A stretch of DNA of 63,984 nt, the filler included, from Conidiobolus incongruus B7586 (lineage: Eukaryota), in NCBI GenBank assembly GCA_000697335.1. It is 9 parts of 9 records of this genome, joined end to end, with 100 filler letters (N's around TTAATTAATTAA, not from the genome) between each part and the next. Parts side by side here need not be neighbours in the genome. Positions count along the whole stretch, not along the records: positions 26,651 to 39,928 come from JNEM01000151.1; positions 40,029 to 48,685 come from JNEM01000152.1; 7 more parts are not named here. The stretch is one strand, 5' to 3'. The position numbers and the translations under genes are program-made. This document shows positions 29,101 to 41,026 of this stretch, one piece after another. Numbering within the stretch: position 1 is the first letter of the stretch; each line of letters opens with the position of its first letter. The notes under the pieces were generated by a model. The model had not been told where the DNA came from. It saw only the letters and a program-made list of their open reading frames with translations, and did no database searches.

Positions 29101-31312
29101 CATATATCAAATAATAATGTATTGATGTATTTTAAGTTTGATTCATAAATCACAAAGTGATAGATTTCAATTGAATAATCCAAAGTATTTTAATACAATC
29201 CCTAAGATGATTTGTAAATCACAAATTGTCAAATATATGATGTATTTGAATTATCTATTTTTTGATTGACCTTGATTATATTAGCTGAAATTTTTTCACG
29301 CTTATTCAAGTAATTAATGCAATTTTTATACATTGAATTAAACATTAACTCTGATTGGCGTTTTAATAATTTGAATAGTATTTCAGCCACTTAAATAATT
29401 ATAGTATAATTTATGAAAAGTATAAGACTGTGAACTTTGAATTAGAATATCCAATGTTTAAAATTTTTACTATGTTGATAACCTTGGATTAACTCTGCCA
29501 TCATTAAATTTAACAATCTTTCTTTAATCAATTCTTCATTTTACACTATTCCGAGAACGTTCCTCAAAAAGCAAAATTCACATATCAAAATAAACAAGGT
29601 GGTTCAATCAGCACAGACCCTGATTTGAAAATTTCTTCAAATTATTGAATTATTTACTAATATATCAAGATTTATTATAAAACGAATTTATAGTAAAGAT
29701 TTTTATTAATCTAAATAAGTCATACAATCTTAAAATAATTAATTGTCTACCGAAAAATAACTCTGTAAATGAGTCGTTAAAATGAATAAAATTGATTAGT
29801 TGTTTAATTGAATTTTTAATCATCCTTTTTAAAATACAATATGATAAATTCCAGCAAATAGTATGGTACTAAGGATAATTACAATATATATTATTAGAAA
29901 TTTTTTTACTCAAACTTTAATATTCTTTTTAACATAATTTTATTTCAATTCGTATGGTTCAAGTGGTTATATCTATTTTCGAACAAATTTGCAGTTATTT
30001 CGAAATTTGATTAATTCCATTTCAACATTCAGATTTTATAAATTGTTTATATATTATACATGGCTATGAGTTTTATGGTATAAGTTTATATTTATATTAC
30101 TGCCATTGAATTAAATATGAATAATATTTCAGATATCATCAAAAAAACTTTTAACAGATCAAATAGATCTAATTATAGATCTTGAATTACAGTGTAACCA
30201 TAGATTAACACAAAATAATTTAATCAGATTATACCTTAAATAGGTTGCAATAATAATATTGAATATTTAATAACTTTATTCAGATGAATCATCAATTTTG
30301 GAATATAAAAAGTGCTATAAAATGAAAAAGGCTTTTTACCTTATTAAAAATGATTTCCTTTGGTAACTTAGAATAAATTTAGGAAATAAAGAATACATAA
30401 TAATGCTATAGTTATAATACAATCCAATTGCTTTGAAACTAATTATAATTTTAAAGTGATCTCATTATGAGTTAATAACTTCTCTGAAGTGCCTTTATAT
30501 CTCATTTTCTTTAAAGAAATATATGTTTAGTTTAAAACTTTTGTTACAGGTCTTTCTCAATATTTTTAAATATTAATAATATACATCATATTCTCTATTT
30601 CATTAAATGGATATATAATGAATGTAATAAAATATACTATTAATCTATGATTTAGATCTGAGAGAATAATCAAAAAAGGGATCTCAAAGGTTTCAATTGA
30701 AGCATTAACACAGATAATTAAATATTCAACAAATAGGTTACCTTTTGAAATCAAATATTAATTTTTCATTTTTGCAAAGGATATCGCATATCTATTTTAA
30801 TTCTTTTCATCTATTTGATCATAATGCTGATATTTGGCAGTCCTTTAGTGAAATTTGACAAACTTTTTGACTAGTTGATTTGGGCTAATAATGAAGAAAT
30901 ATTTCAATATATAGGCATAAAACGAGATTATATTGTTAAATATAGTCTATTAATCACTTGTCAGTGACTTTTTTCAAATTTTATCAAATAATTTTGATTA
31001 TTGTCATGATCTTATTCGTATTCCATAGAAAGTATAATTATCAAAGTTCAAATTGTTTGTTGAGCGATTTAAATTAATGCAAACAAATTTACCTTCAAAA
31101 GTTGACCAAAAAATAACTTAAAGTGCATATTTATTATTCAAAGCATCTGATAATTGATTGATTTGTAAAATGTAATCAAATAATTTGACAATGCTCAAAT
31201 ACTTGCATAAATTATATTTGATTAATTTCTATTAAGAGTTAGAACTTAAGTTTTAAATTAATTAATTGATTAATTGGTACATGTTATCCACCTGAATTAT
31301 TTCTGGTTGGAG

Positions 31313-31320
31313 TATAAATA
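31313..31320 (+). promoter_or_regulatory. TATA box of the receiver-domain gene
   Basis: TATAAATA about 95 nt upstream of ATG 31408, followed by a pyrimidine-rich tract. Confidence 0.45.
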
Positions 31321-31407
31321 GTTTGAAATTATTTGGAATTCAATTTTAGATTCCCTTATCCCCTTATTTTTCTTTTCATTCATATCCATATTTATTATTG
31401 ATTAATT

Positions 31408-31893
31408 ATGAATCATTTAGAAACTTACCAAGACATTCATTGTTCTGCAGTGAATAATAACAGTAATAACAATGCTGGTCTTAGAGTATTGATAGTGGAT
31501 GATAATTTAATATATCACCAACTGGTGACCAGACTACTGAAAAAGAAGTTAGGGATTCAACATATTATTAACTGTATGAGTGCTGAAAATGCTATGAATC
31601 ATCTCAATAAGCACCCGTTCGACCTGATACTGATGGACATTGACATGCCATCGATCACAGGCATCGTTGCCACGCAAAAGATCAGAGATCCGTCTAACTC
31701 GTGGCATATACTGGAATGCAATCGTACCATTCCAATTATTGCTCTCACCACAAATTCTCTTGAAGAGGATTACAAGCTATATATGGACGTTGGCATGAAT
31801 GGTATGATACCTAAACCCGTGGCTGAAAAGACACTAAGAAATACTCTACAAGCTTGTGTGCCTATGGCTCGACGCTATTCACTAACTACATAG
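31408..31893 (+). CDS. Single-domain response-regulator receiver (CheY-like) protein
   Basis: VLIVDDN, DLILMDIDMP (phospho-Asp), IPIIALTT and GMIPKP: complete receiver signature in a 161-aa intronless ORF. Confidence 0.9.
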   Translation: MNHLETYQDIHCSAVNNNSNNNAGLRVLIVDDNLIYHQLVTRLLKKKLGIQHIINCMSAENAMNHLNKHPFDLILMDIDMPSITGIVATQKIRDPSNSWHILECNRTIPIIALTTNSLEEDYKLYMDVGMNGMIPKPVAEKTLRNTLQACVPMARRYSLTT

Positions 31894-32536
31894 TATGTAT
31901 ATTTATGTTAATACTTGTATTAAACCTGAAGGATGTATATTATATTATGATACTTAAACTATAGAATGGGATATCTCAATTAGAATGGTTTAAAAGTACG
32001 ACTAGGACTGTGGATTGAAAGCTCTAACCTTCTAAACTGAAAAAAGATCATCTCAATTCGAAAGTCTGATCAATATACTGATCCAAGACAAAAGAATCTC
32101 TAACAAATCTCCTAAAATATTTTTATCAAGATCACTATCATTTTTAGTATTAATCAAAAAAAATAAAACTACAAAACAGTTTTAAAATTTAATACAATTG
32201 TTGATAAATTTGCAGATATTGAGACATTTGAGATAAATGCTTCCATATGATTGGCTGTGTGACTTGAATATTTTTATTGGAAATCCACAAGTTTGAGGGT
32301 AAACTTTGAATTGGTGTGATTCTATTTGTTCAATGGACTTGATTTCTTTTGATGTATTTGGCTCCCTTTGGCTAATATCAAATATGGATAATATAAAGGG
32401 TTAAACTAAAATTTTGTTTACTATTTTAACTCAATATTTATTATGTTCATTAAATTCGGATCTATGGTTAAATTTTACTGTTTATTAAAATAATTAGTCC
32501 ATAAATAAACAAATGCGTACAACTATCAATTTCAAT

Positions 32537-32571
32537 GTTAATATAGTTAATATAGTTAACATAGTTAACAT
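32537..32571. repeat. 9-bp tandem repeat GTTAA(T/C)ATA, about 4 copies
   Basis: gttaatata gttaatata gttaacata gttaacat. Confidence 0.8.
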
Positions 32572-33720
32572 GTTTTATAATTTTCTATTAAACAATTAAA
32601 ATTCATCAATAATATATGAAAAATAAAGAGATCAATATATGTAAATAGATTAATCAAATCGACTCGTTAAATCTAATTAAAAATTAAAAAAGGCGAAAAG
32701 AGTTATATTAAGGGTTCATCAATATTATCCCATATTTCTATTAATGTTTATCATTGAATATTTTATTAACCCAATAATAAATGTTTGTAAATACAATAAA
32801 TAATTATTTTTATAAAATTAATTTTACATATAATCTTAAATATTGAATATTCATATATCATCAAGGTAATATTAGTTATATTTAAAACTTAATTTTTATT
32901 TAATCAAGTGATTGTCTGAAAAATTATCGACATTTAACCTGATATAATCTGAAAATTTTCAACAATGGAAAATCATCTGATATAAGTAACAATTTGGTGA
33001 AAATTAATTTAATTATAAATAACATAAATTAAAAATACTATTATTTTGTATAATCAGGAACACAACCTTTCCTTTAAAATAGATTACATCGGACGGACTC
33101 AAAAATCCAGTACATTATCTTAACTATTTCGCCACATTTAATTAGATTGCTGATTTTCTCATTCAATTAGTACAATTATCTACCTGCATGTCCCGGAATA
33201 GTTTGATTGGATTGTTTAAGGACCCTCATTTATTTTCAGCATGGTTTTTACTATTGGATACTATGGTATTTCAATAATACTTGATGTGGCAAAATAGCTT
33301 ATCACCTTGTACTATTCATTCCGATATATTAAAACGATCACAAATTTTCAATCCTTGCATATAATTATCAAAAATGCGAAATAATATAAATAAATTACGT
33401 TAATTGATCCATTTTAATAATTTATAGCTATCAAATATTGGAATATATAAATGATACGATTTTTAGCTAAATGAATATATTAAATTGAATATTTTCATGT
33501 CAATCTTGTTGACGATATTTTTGGTCATTTTTTATTAACTTATAAAGATTGGATTGCATCGAATTAACCATTCAATTTGCCATAATATATCCAGCAATAT
33601 AAAAATTAAATCACTTCGAATAACACTAACATCGCTATAAAATTTAGTGAAACCATAAGACAATATGAAATATATCAAACAAAAAAAATAAATATTTGGA
33701 TAAATATAATATTGAAAAAA

Positions 33721-35085
33721 TTAGAGAATTTCTTCAAAGTCGACATCCTTAACGTCTTCATCATTCTTGGGGCTCTTGAGCAAATTGTCTGTCGTGGAAA
33801 TGGGAGACACTGGAGCGGGTGAAGTAAATCCAAGCTGGGAGTGGAACAACTCTTGGACTTGGGGCTGCAAATCCTGGAGGATTTGATAAGCTTCTTGATG
33901 GAATTGCTTTTGATGAGTTACGAATAATTTTATAATTTCAATCGTTTCGGGCTAGATTTTATATGGTTAATATATTGATAAATATAATTAAGTGAATTCG
34001 TTACTTTAGAAATAATTTCTTGAAGTAAGTTCATACATTGAGAGACGCCTTCGTCAAATTGAGATTGGTTAAGAGCTAGAGACATTGAAGTCTAAAAAAA
34101 AGTTAAAACAATTAAATTGATATAACAATTAGTATAATATTACTTCTTCATTAGCTCTACCAGTTCTTGAGATAGAATTTTTAATTTGATTTAATTTGGC
34201 TTGAGAATTATAGACACGCTTCAATAAAATCTAAAAATACTCATTAATGAATCATTATATTCAAATAATCTAAATATAATGAAAATTACTTTAGCTTGGT
34301 CACATATATAATTAAATTCTTGTAAGTTTTGAGAGTTTAGTTTAGCTTTTAGTTCATTTTCCTAATATTAAATAATCAATATTAAAGAACAAATGTTAAA
34401 TGCTAGATAGATTACCATCTTTAGTCTTGCTTCACCAATTTTTTGTTGAATGACAGAAGTTTTAAATAATGCCTGACCTATTAAAATATAATCTAAATAT
34501 CATATTTGAACAAACAACTTGCGAAAATATTCAAATTACCTAAAGTAGTATCAATACCCAAATCGACACCATTATCGGATAAGATATAAGCCATAGCCAT
34601 ATAGGTGTTAGCAGGTTTAGGATGACCCTTAGTTGACAATTTAGGTAAATTCATACTCGTACTCTTCTTCAACATGGAAGTATAAGCTTCTTTACTGGCT
34701 GAAGTGACACTATCCAAAGTTTTACTCATAGTTTTCGTAAATTCGTTAAATCCATCTTCGATTAAAATGCTCGTATTTTTATTGTTTAAATCTAAAGGTT
34801 TCTTATGTTCTAATATACGGGTTAAATTAGTTTGGATTAGGATTAATTGTTCGTATCTCTATATAATTAAATTTTAATTAATTTAACTCAGAGTTGTGAG
34901 GATAGTTACTTTTTCCATATCTACGAACATGGGAGGTAATGGAGTAGGTTGAGGTAATGATTCTGGTTGATTATTTCCCCACTAAAATTAAATTTATAAA
35001 TAAACTTATTAATAATGCAGAATGAATAATATATTACTTGAGTTGAGTTAAATCTAGTTCTCAAATTATTTAAAGAATTTTCCAT
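33721..35085 (-). CDS. BAR-domain protein, Gvp36/endophilin-B-like, about 8 exons
   Basis: Manual splicing across short GT-AG introns gives MENSLNNLRTRFNSTQ|WGNNQPESLPQPTPLPPMFVDMEK|RYEQL...GIDTTLG|QALFKTSVIQQKIGEARLKM|...|PETIEIIKLFVTHQKQFHQEAYQILQDL...DFEEIL*. These helical patterns fit Gvp36-type BAR domains. Largely missed by the ORF track. Confidence 0.7.
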
Positions 35086-36569
35086 ATTATTGATATTATA
35101 TAATTTATAGCTTTTTATAATTATTATAAATGAAAATAAGAGTGTTAGAAATAATATTTTTTGAAATTGAATTTATAAGTTGATTATGTGGTTAATTTGA
35201 ATTTTTGTCACATGATGTTACTTTTCAAAATGAAAATTTTTGAATTAAAACTAAAATTGGTCATATCCTTCAGTTTACAGTTTAATTTATAAATATATAA
35301 GCCAAAAGTTCTATACAAATATCATCAATTATAATTGCTAATTCTAATTTTAATCAATGTTATCAAAAATCAAAATTTAATCTAGATATATGTATATTTT
35401 ATTTATTTTATATCAAATGATATTTACTAAAATATATGTTTCCACGTATATTGATTAATGATGGTAGAAAGTTCCACTACTCTTTCGCGCAATACCTCCA
35501 TAAAATTGTTAAATTTTATCAAGTAAATCTTAAAACTTGAAAAATATTTCAAATATTTAACACATCAATTATGGTGTAATATTTTATCATGGAATCATAT
35601 ATTACTTAATTAAAAACATAATATATTAATTGGTTTTGAGGGTATTTTAATTACCATACATCTATGCTTAATTTCTTTCAATCAACTTTCATTGATATTC
35701 GATATTTGGTAAAAATATGTATGAATATAATCATTGGTTTTGGTAAAATGAAAATATGTGAAACATAATATATATATATATATATATATTATATTCAACC
35801 TTTGTTGTTTAATCCTTACGAATCACACAAATTTTAAATTGAAAGATAAATGTAAACAATTAATAGATCTATCTTACAAAAAACAATAATAGATATATTT
35901 AACTCAGCATTGGTATTATAAACTATTTATTTAGAGTACTTAATATAATCTTTAATATTTTTGATTATGCTAAAAATAACTAATTTTAAATCATCCATAA
36001 TTTTATAATTTTTTATGAAATTTTGATCAATTTGAATTAAAACTCAGTTGGCATAGATTTAAAAGCATAAAATGAGGTAAATAAAATTTGGATGTAATTT
36101 TCAATTCGTTGATCTTTAATGATATACATCATTTACACAATGCCATACAATAAATATAGTTTATTTTGATTAAAGATTATAATCAGATATTAGATAGATA
36201 TCTAAGCCATTTATATTATCGTATATATTTGGAATATTTTATATTATCTAATTACAATTAATATTAAACTTATTTTAGTTTTTTAAAATGATTATTTATA
36301 TCATTTCAATTTATTCTTTTTCATTATAATTATGAGAAAGATATAATCTAAGACTAATATCAACCTTTAATAATAGATCAACAATAGTTAAAATCCCACA
36401 AATTAAGGTGACAATTAGAATAAAGATCCACTCAACTTAATTCCATAAATAATGTATCAATAACTAACTATTCAAATATTTTAATTATTATAAATATAAA
36501 ATATATATCTTTTCCAATAACCCCATATAATTAATATTATTACATGAAAATATAAAAAAATTAAAAATA

Positions 36570-37722
36570 ATGACCACTTCGATGGATATTCTTCAGATTG
36601 ATCAACCAGGTACTAAAACCAAATGGGCTGAATTCACCAATCAAGTTCAAAAATTCTGTATTCAAGTGGTCAAAATGGGACCTATACCCAATCACGTCGC
36701 CTTTATTATGGACGGTAATAGACGTTTTGCTAAAAAGTTGGGTGTTCCTACTAATGTAGGTCACACGATTGGGTTTAAAAGTTTAGAAAGAGTATATATT
36801 ATATTCAAGATATAAATCAATTAACATTAATTATGATCATAGATCTTAGAGAGCTGTTTAGAGTTAGGCATCAAAGCCGTTACAGTATATGCCTTCAGTA
36901 TCGATAATTTTAGAAGACCTCAAGAGGAGGTTAACGCTTTGATGAACTTGGCTAAAGATAGATTGAAGTGGTTGACTAATCAGAGGTAATCATATAATAT
37001 TATATACTTATTACTGATCTAACTGCTTGCATAGTGATTTGATAGAAAAATATCAGGTAGCTATTAGAGTTATTGGGAAATTATCATTGTTACCACCTGA
37101 TGTCAGACAGGTGGTAAATGAAACAAATAGAGCTACAAGTCACCATAAGGGGTAATATAAAAGTATCTATTAATTAAAAAAATATCTAATATGCTTTAAA
37201 TTAATTAGAGCTATATTAAATGTATGTTTTCCATATACTTCTACAGAAGAGACGATAACTTCCATTCAATCAGTACTTCAAAAATATGACAATGATGAAA
37301 TTACTTCCAAGTAAATGAATCAAATTATATCACATAAATTAACTAATATATGATAATAGGCAAATAGAGACAAATTCATTTGAATTAATTAATTCTAATT
37401 TATATACATCAGATTGTCCTCCTTTAGATATTTTAGTGAGAACATCGGGTGAGATTCGATTAAGTGATTTTATGCTATGGCAGGTAAATAATGATCAACC
37501 AATCAAATATCAACATACCACTAATTATTTGAATAGAGCTCTAAAAACTGCCAAATAGAATTCCTGAATGTACTATGGCCAGAATTCAGCCTAAGACATC
37601 TCTTACCCGTGATACTCAAATACCAATCCAATAACCTTCAAACTTCCACCGCTTTCATCATTTTCATGGAATTAACCATCTTGTTAATGTTAATTTATTT
37701 TGTATATTTAACATTTATTTAA
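36570..37722 (+). CDS. RER2: cis-prenyltransferase / dehydrodolichyl diphosphate synthase (Rer2/Srt1/DHDDS), 6 exons
   Basis: [53 protein letters not shown] and LWPEF across five GT-AG introns. Last exon 37537-37722. Confidence 0.92.
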
Positions 37723-37755
37723 TTATAAAAATAAATTATATATATGTATGCATTA

Positions 37756-38403
37756 TTATTGAGAAATTTGGAATTGATGGAATAGCCAGAATGATTGAAT
37801 CGCTGCGATGCCTTGACCCCCTTGGGATTTGACTTGGTTTAGATGGTTTAAGCTGAGGCCTCCTAGCCCGTATACTGGTACCTTTGCTAGTTGGGTGAGA
37901 TTTCCAAAATTTTCCCACCCTAGTGTATTATCTGAAGGACAACTTTTAGATGGTAAAACAGGTGATATAACTATAAAGTCCAATTTCAACTGGTTAGCAA
38001 TTTCAATTTCTGTAGCATCGTGGCAAGATCCAGCCCATATCCAATCCTCAGGACAGCTATTAATAATCTCACACAAGTTCTTATAATTCAACAAAGCATC
38101 TGATGTCAAGTGCAAGCCACCCAATCCCAGCAATTTCACAATTTCAACTCTTTTATCTAATTGGCCAGCACATCCAGAATTTAATAGTAACCTCTTTAAT
38201 TGATTAGAGTTCAGTTCAGTCAAAATTTGTTGTAGTTCAGTCATTAGTTCTTCGCTATCGTCTAATTTTATTCTTAATTGTATAAATGCGCTACAATTGC
38301 TTAAACAAGTTATCAAATTATCTTTAAAATCTTCATGGTTTTCTAAAATACCACTAATAACATAACATTCTAAGGTTTTAATGAGATCAGATTTTGATGT
38401 CAT
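37756..38403 (-). CDS. Thiamine-phosphate-synthase-like (ThiE/TenI TIM barrel) protein of bacterial type
   Basis: FIQLR, GGLHL, GSCHD, DFIVISPVLPSKSCP, LGWENF, PVYGLGG, GIAAIQSFW. First ATG at 38403; intronless. Confidence 0.8.
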   Translation of the reverse strand: MTSKSDLIKTLECYVISGILENHEDFKDNLITCLSNCSAFIQLRIKLDDSEELMTELQQILTELNSNQLKRLLLNSGCAGQLDKRVEIVKLLGLGGLHLTSDALLNYKNLCEIINSCPEDWIWAGSCHDATEIEIANQLKLDFIVISPVLPSKSCPSDNTLGWENFGNLTQLAKVPVYGLGGLSLNHLNQVKSQGGQGIAAIQSFWLFHQFQISQ

Positions 38404-40955
38404 ATTCACTTCAATTCAATGATTTTTTTAAAATTAATTTTCATATGAAATATAAATTTATTTGTAGCAATTAGATATAATTTATGAGAATTTTTGATAT
38501 AGAATTTCTTGTGGGTTCAAGTGAACATTAATAATTTAACATCACACTATGTGATTTTTAAATTATTGTGAAATATTTAAACATATTTTGACAGTTATTA
38601 TTGTTACTTTTTAAATTTCAATATGTTCTAAATATTTATCATTTTACAAATTTGAAATTTTCGAAAAATTAATATCCAAAAATTTGATTAAATGGATTTA
38701 ATATTAAATCAATAAATTATCTAATATAAAAATAGATTGAAAATATTTCGTTTCAAAAGTTATTGAAATTTGAATAATTCAATTTTTACAAATAATTTTA
38801 GCTATATAACCTAGATTCAATACTTTTGTTGATTAATAAGGAATTAAAAAAAGAGTTTACTATAATAGCCCATTATTATAATTTTTTAATCAATAAATCA
38901 AAATATAGTTTTATCTCAAGCTTCCTATATAATTTAATTAGAAATTATTTAGACAATAATCCAAAAATCGAAATGTTTAATACTAATAAATTATTCGAAG
39001 TTATATTTGAAAGTTGAGTTATTGCGATATAGGAAGTTATTATATTTTAAATAAAATGAACATAAGATTATATCAATAAATTTAATATATATTTCAATCT
39101 TGATAAAATTTTGAATTTTAAAAAATATAAATTTTAAAATTAAACAATGTTTCCCTTTAAAATAGTGTTAATAAATATCTAAACAACTTGACATAATTAA
39201 TAAAATTTAAGCATGATGAAATATCGAAATTTTGAATATATATCCAAGGATATTATTGAATACAGTTATTTACTATATCATGGATGTTGTATTTCATTTT
39301 TTATAATGTTTCCAACACATTTCAAATTTGATATATATTAAGGATATTCATGTAATTAATTAGAATCATCCATTCACATCGACGATATTGATATATTTTT
39401 ACTATAATAAAGATTTAAGTTGAATGATTGAAAATAAATAGTAAAATTAACTATGATATTAAGTTAATAAAAAATAATTAATATATATAATTTTTGAATT
39501 AATGTGGGATTGACTAAATAAAACATTCTCTAATATCCATTAATATTATGAATGCTGCAATCTAAAATTATATTATTCCAGTAACTGAATAAAATTTTAA
39601 TATAAGCTATAAATTGTTTTGATAAGTCAACTAATAAAAAAATTTGAATCTTAATATTTTTATGCTTTCAGCATCATCAATCATTAAATCAAAATAAATG
39701 AATTAAAATATAAGAAAAATATATTATCTATTAAAATTTATAATTATATTTTTAAATATTACCTAAATAATTAACTATTAATCAATATAAAATTTTAAAT
39801 TTTATTATTGATAATTAATTAATATTGAAATATTTTTAACTTTATCTTGAATTATACCTGATTAATAATTAATATAATATTTTATATTAGAATATTTTAA
39901 TAGGTAATAAATGATAAAGATATTATAANNNNNNNNNNNNNNNNNNNNNNNNNNNNNNNNNNNNNNNNNNNNTTAATTAATTAANNNNNNNNNNNNNNNN
40001 NNNNNNNNNNNNNNNNNNNNNNNNNNNNTAAAATAATATTAAAGTTAATAAAAAAATAAATCTAATTTAATTATATTCCCTTTATTAAATTTGAAATTTA
40101 TAAAATATACAATTGAATTTTAAATTAAAAATTAAAATTAATAAATTAATATACATTATTGATAAATAGTTAATAATATAATAATAAATTATATAAATTT
40201 AAAACTTTGATAATTTAAATAAATTGAAAAACATTTTTAAAAAAAATGAAATTTAGGTTAATTCAATATAATTAAATATTATTTATAATGACTCAAAATA
40301 TATATTAATTAATATTTGAAAATATTAAATTGGGATTTTAATTAACATCAAAGTGAATTTAATGGTAGAATTTGGTTAAAGAATTATTGTGGCAATTGTT
40401 ACCAGATTTATATCTTTTCTCACTCAAATTCACTACCAAGTTCTTGATTAACCAAATTACGCCTTATCAACATTCTACCAGTCCACGTCTGAGTGAACTC
40501 ACTGTTACCCAGTTGTTGCGTACTTATCCCCTTATATTTCACTTAGTTAAAAGAAGGACTCTTCTCTTGCTCTTCTTTCTCCTCTTTTCTCACACTTTTT
40601 ACACAAATAAACCTTTCTCCTACTTCCAAAAACCACCTCTTTCAGTATACTCAAGTAGCTGCCTATAATTTCACTTGATTTATCTTCCACTTTTCATTTC
40701 CACTCGTTCCTATTGGTATTTTGTGTTTCTGTCCCCTTAGCAGGTCGGATCCTAACGCTGCCACTGTTGCTGCTGGTCTAGTCGCTCTTTACAACGCCCC
40801 GTTTACAAGTAATCAAGGATGGATAGCCAGAGAACTGATCATCGGCAGTTTACGCCAGCTGGTAAGTGCAATGCTTCACAACCTGACCTACAGAATGACT
40901 GTGTCAGTGTCCTCCATGACGCTGCAACAGCTAATAATGGCCTCTTATATATTAA

Positions 40956-41026
40956 GCCGTTGTAGTATAGTGGTAGTACGAAGCGTTGTGGCCGCTCAGA
41001 CCGCGGTTCGATTCCGCGCAACGGCA
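40956..41026 (+). tRNA. tRNA-His (GTG), intronless
   Basis: Acceptor stem GCCGTTG/CAACGGC with discriminator A, D arm TAGTATAGTGGTAGTAC, anticodon loop TTGTGGC, T arm CGCGG-TTCGATT-CCGCG, T5 terminator at about 41034. Confidence 0.96.

Noticed and set aside
38404..38700. TPP riboswitch near the ThiE-like gene
   Set aside because: No CTGAGA / ACCTGAT / AGCG core motifs seen upstream, and the gene has no intron to host a fungal-type riboswitch.
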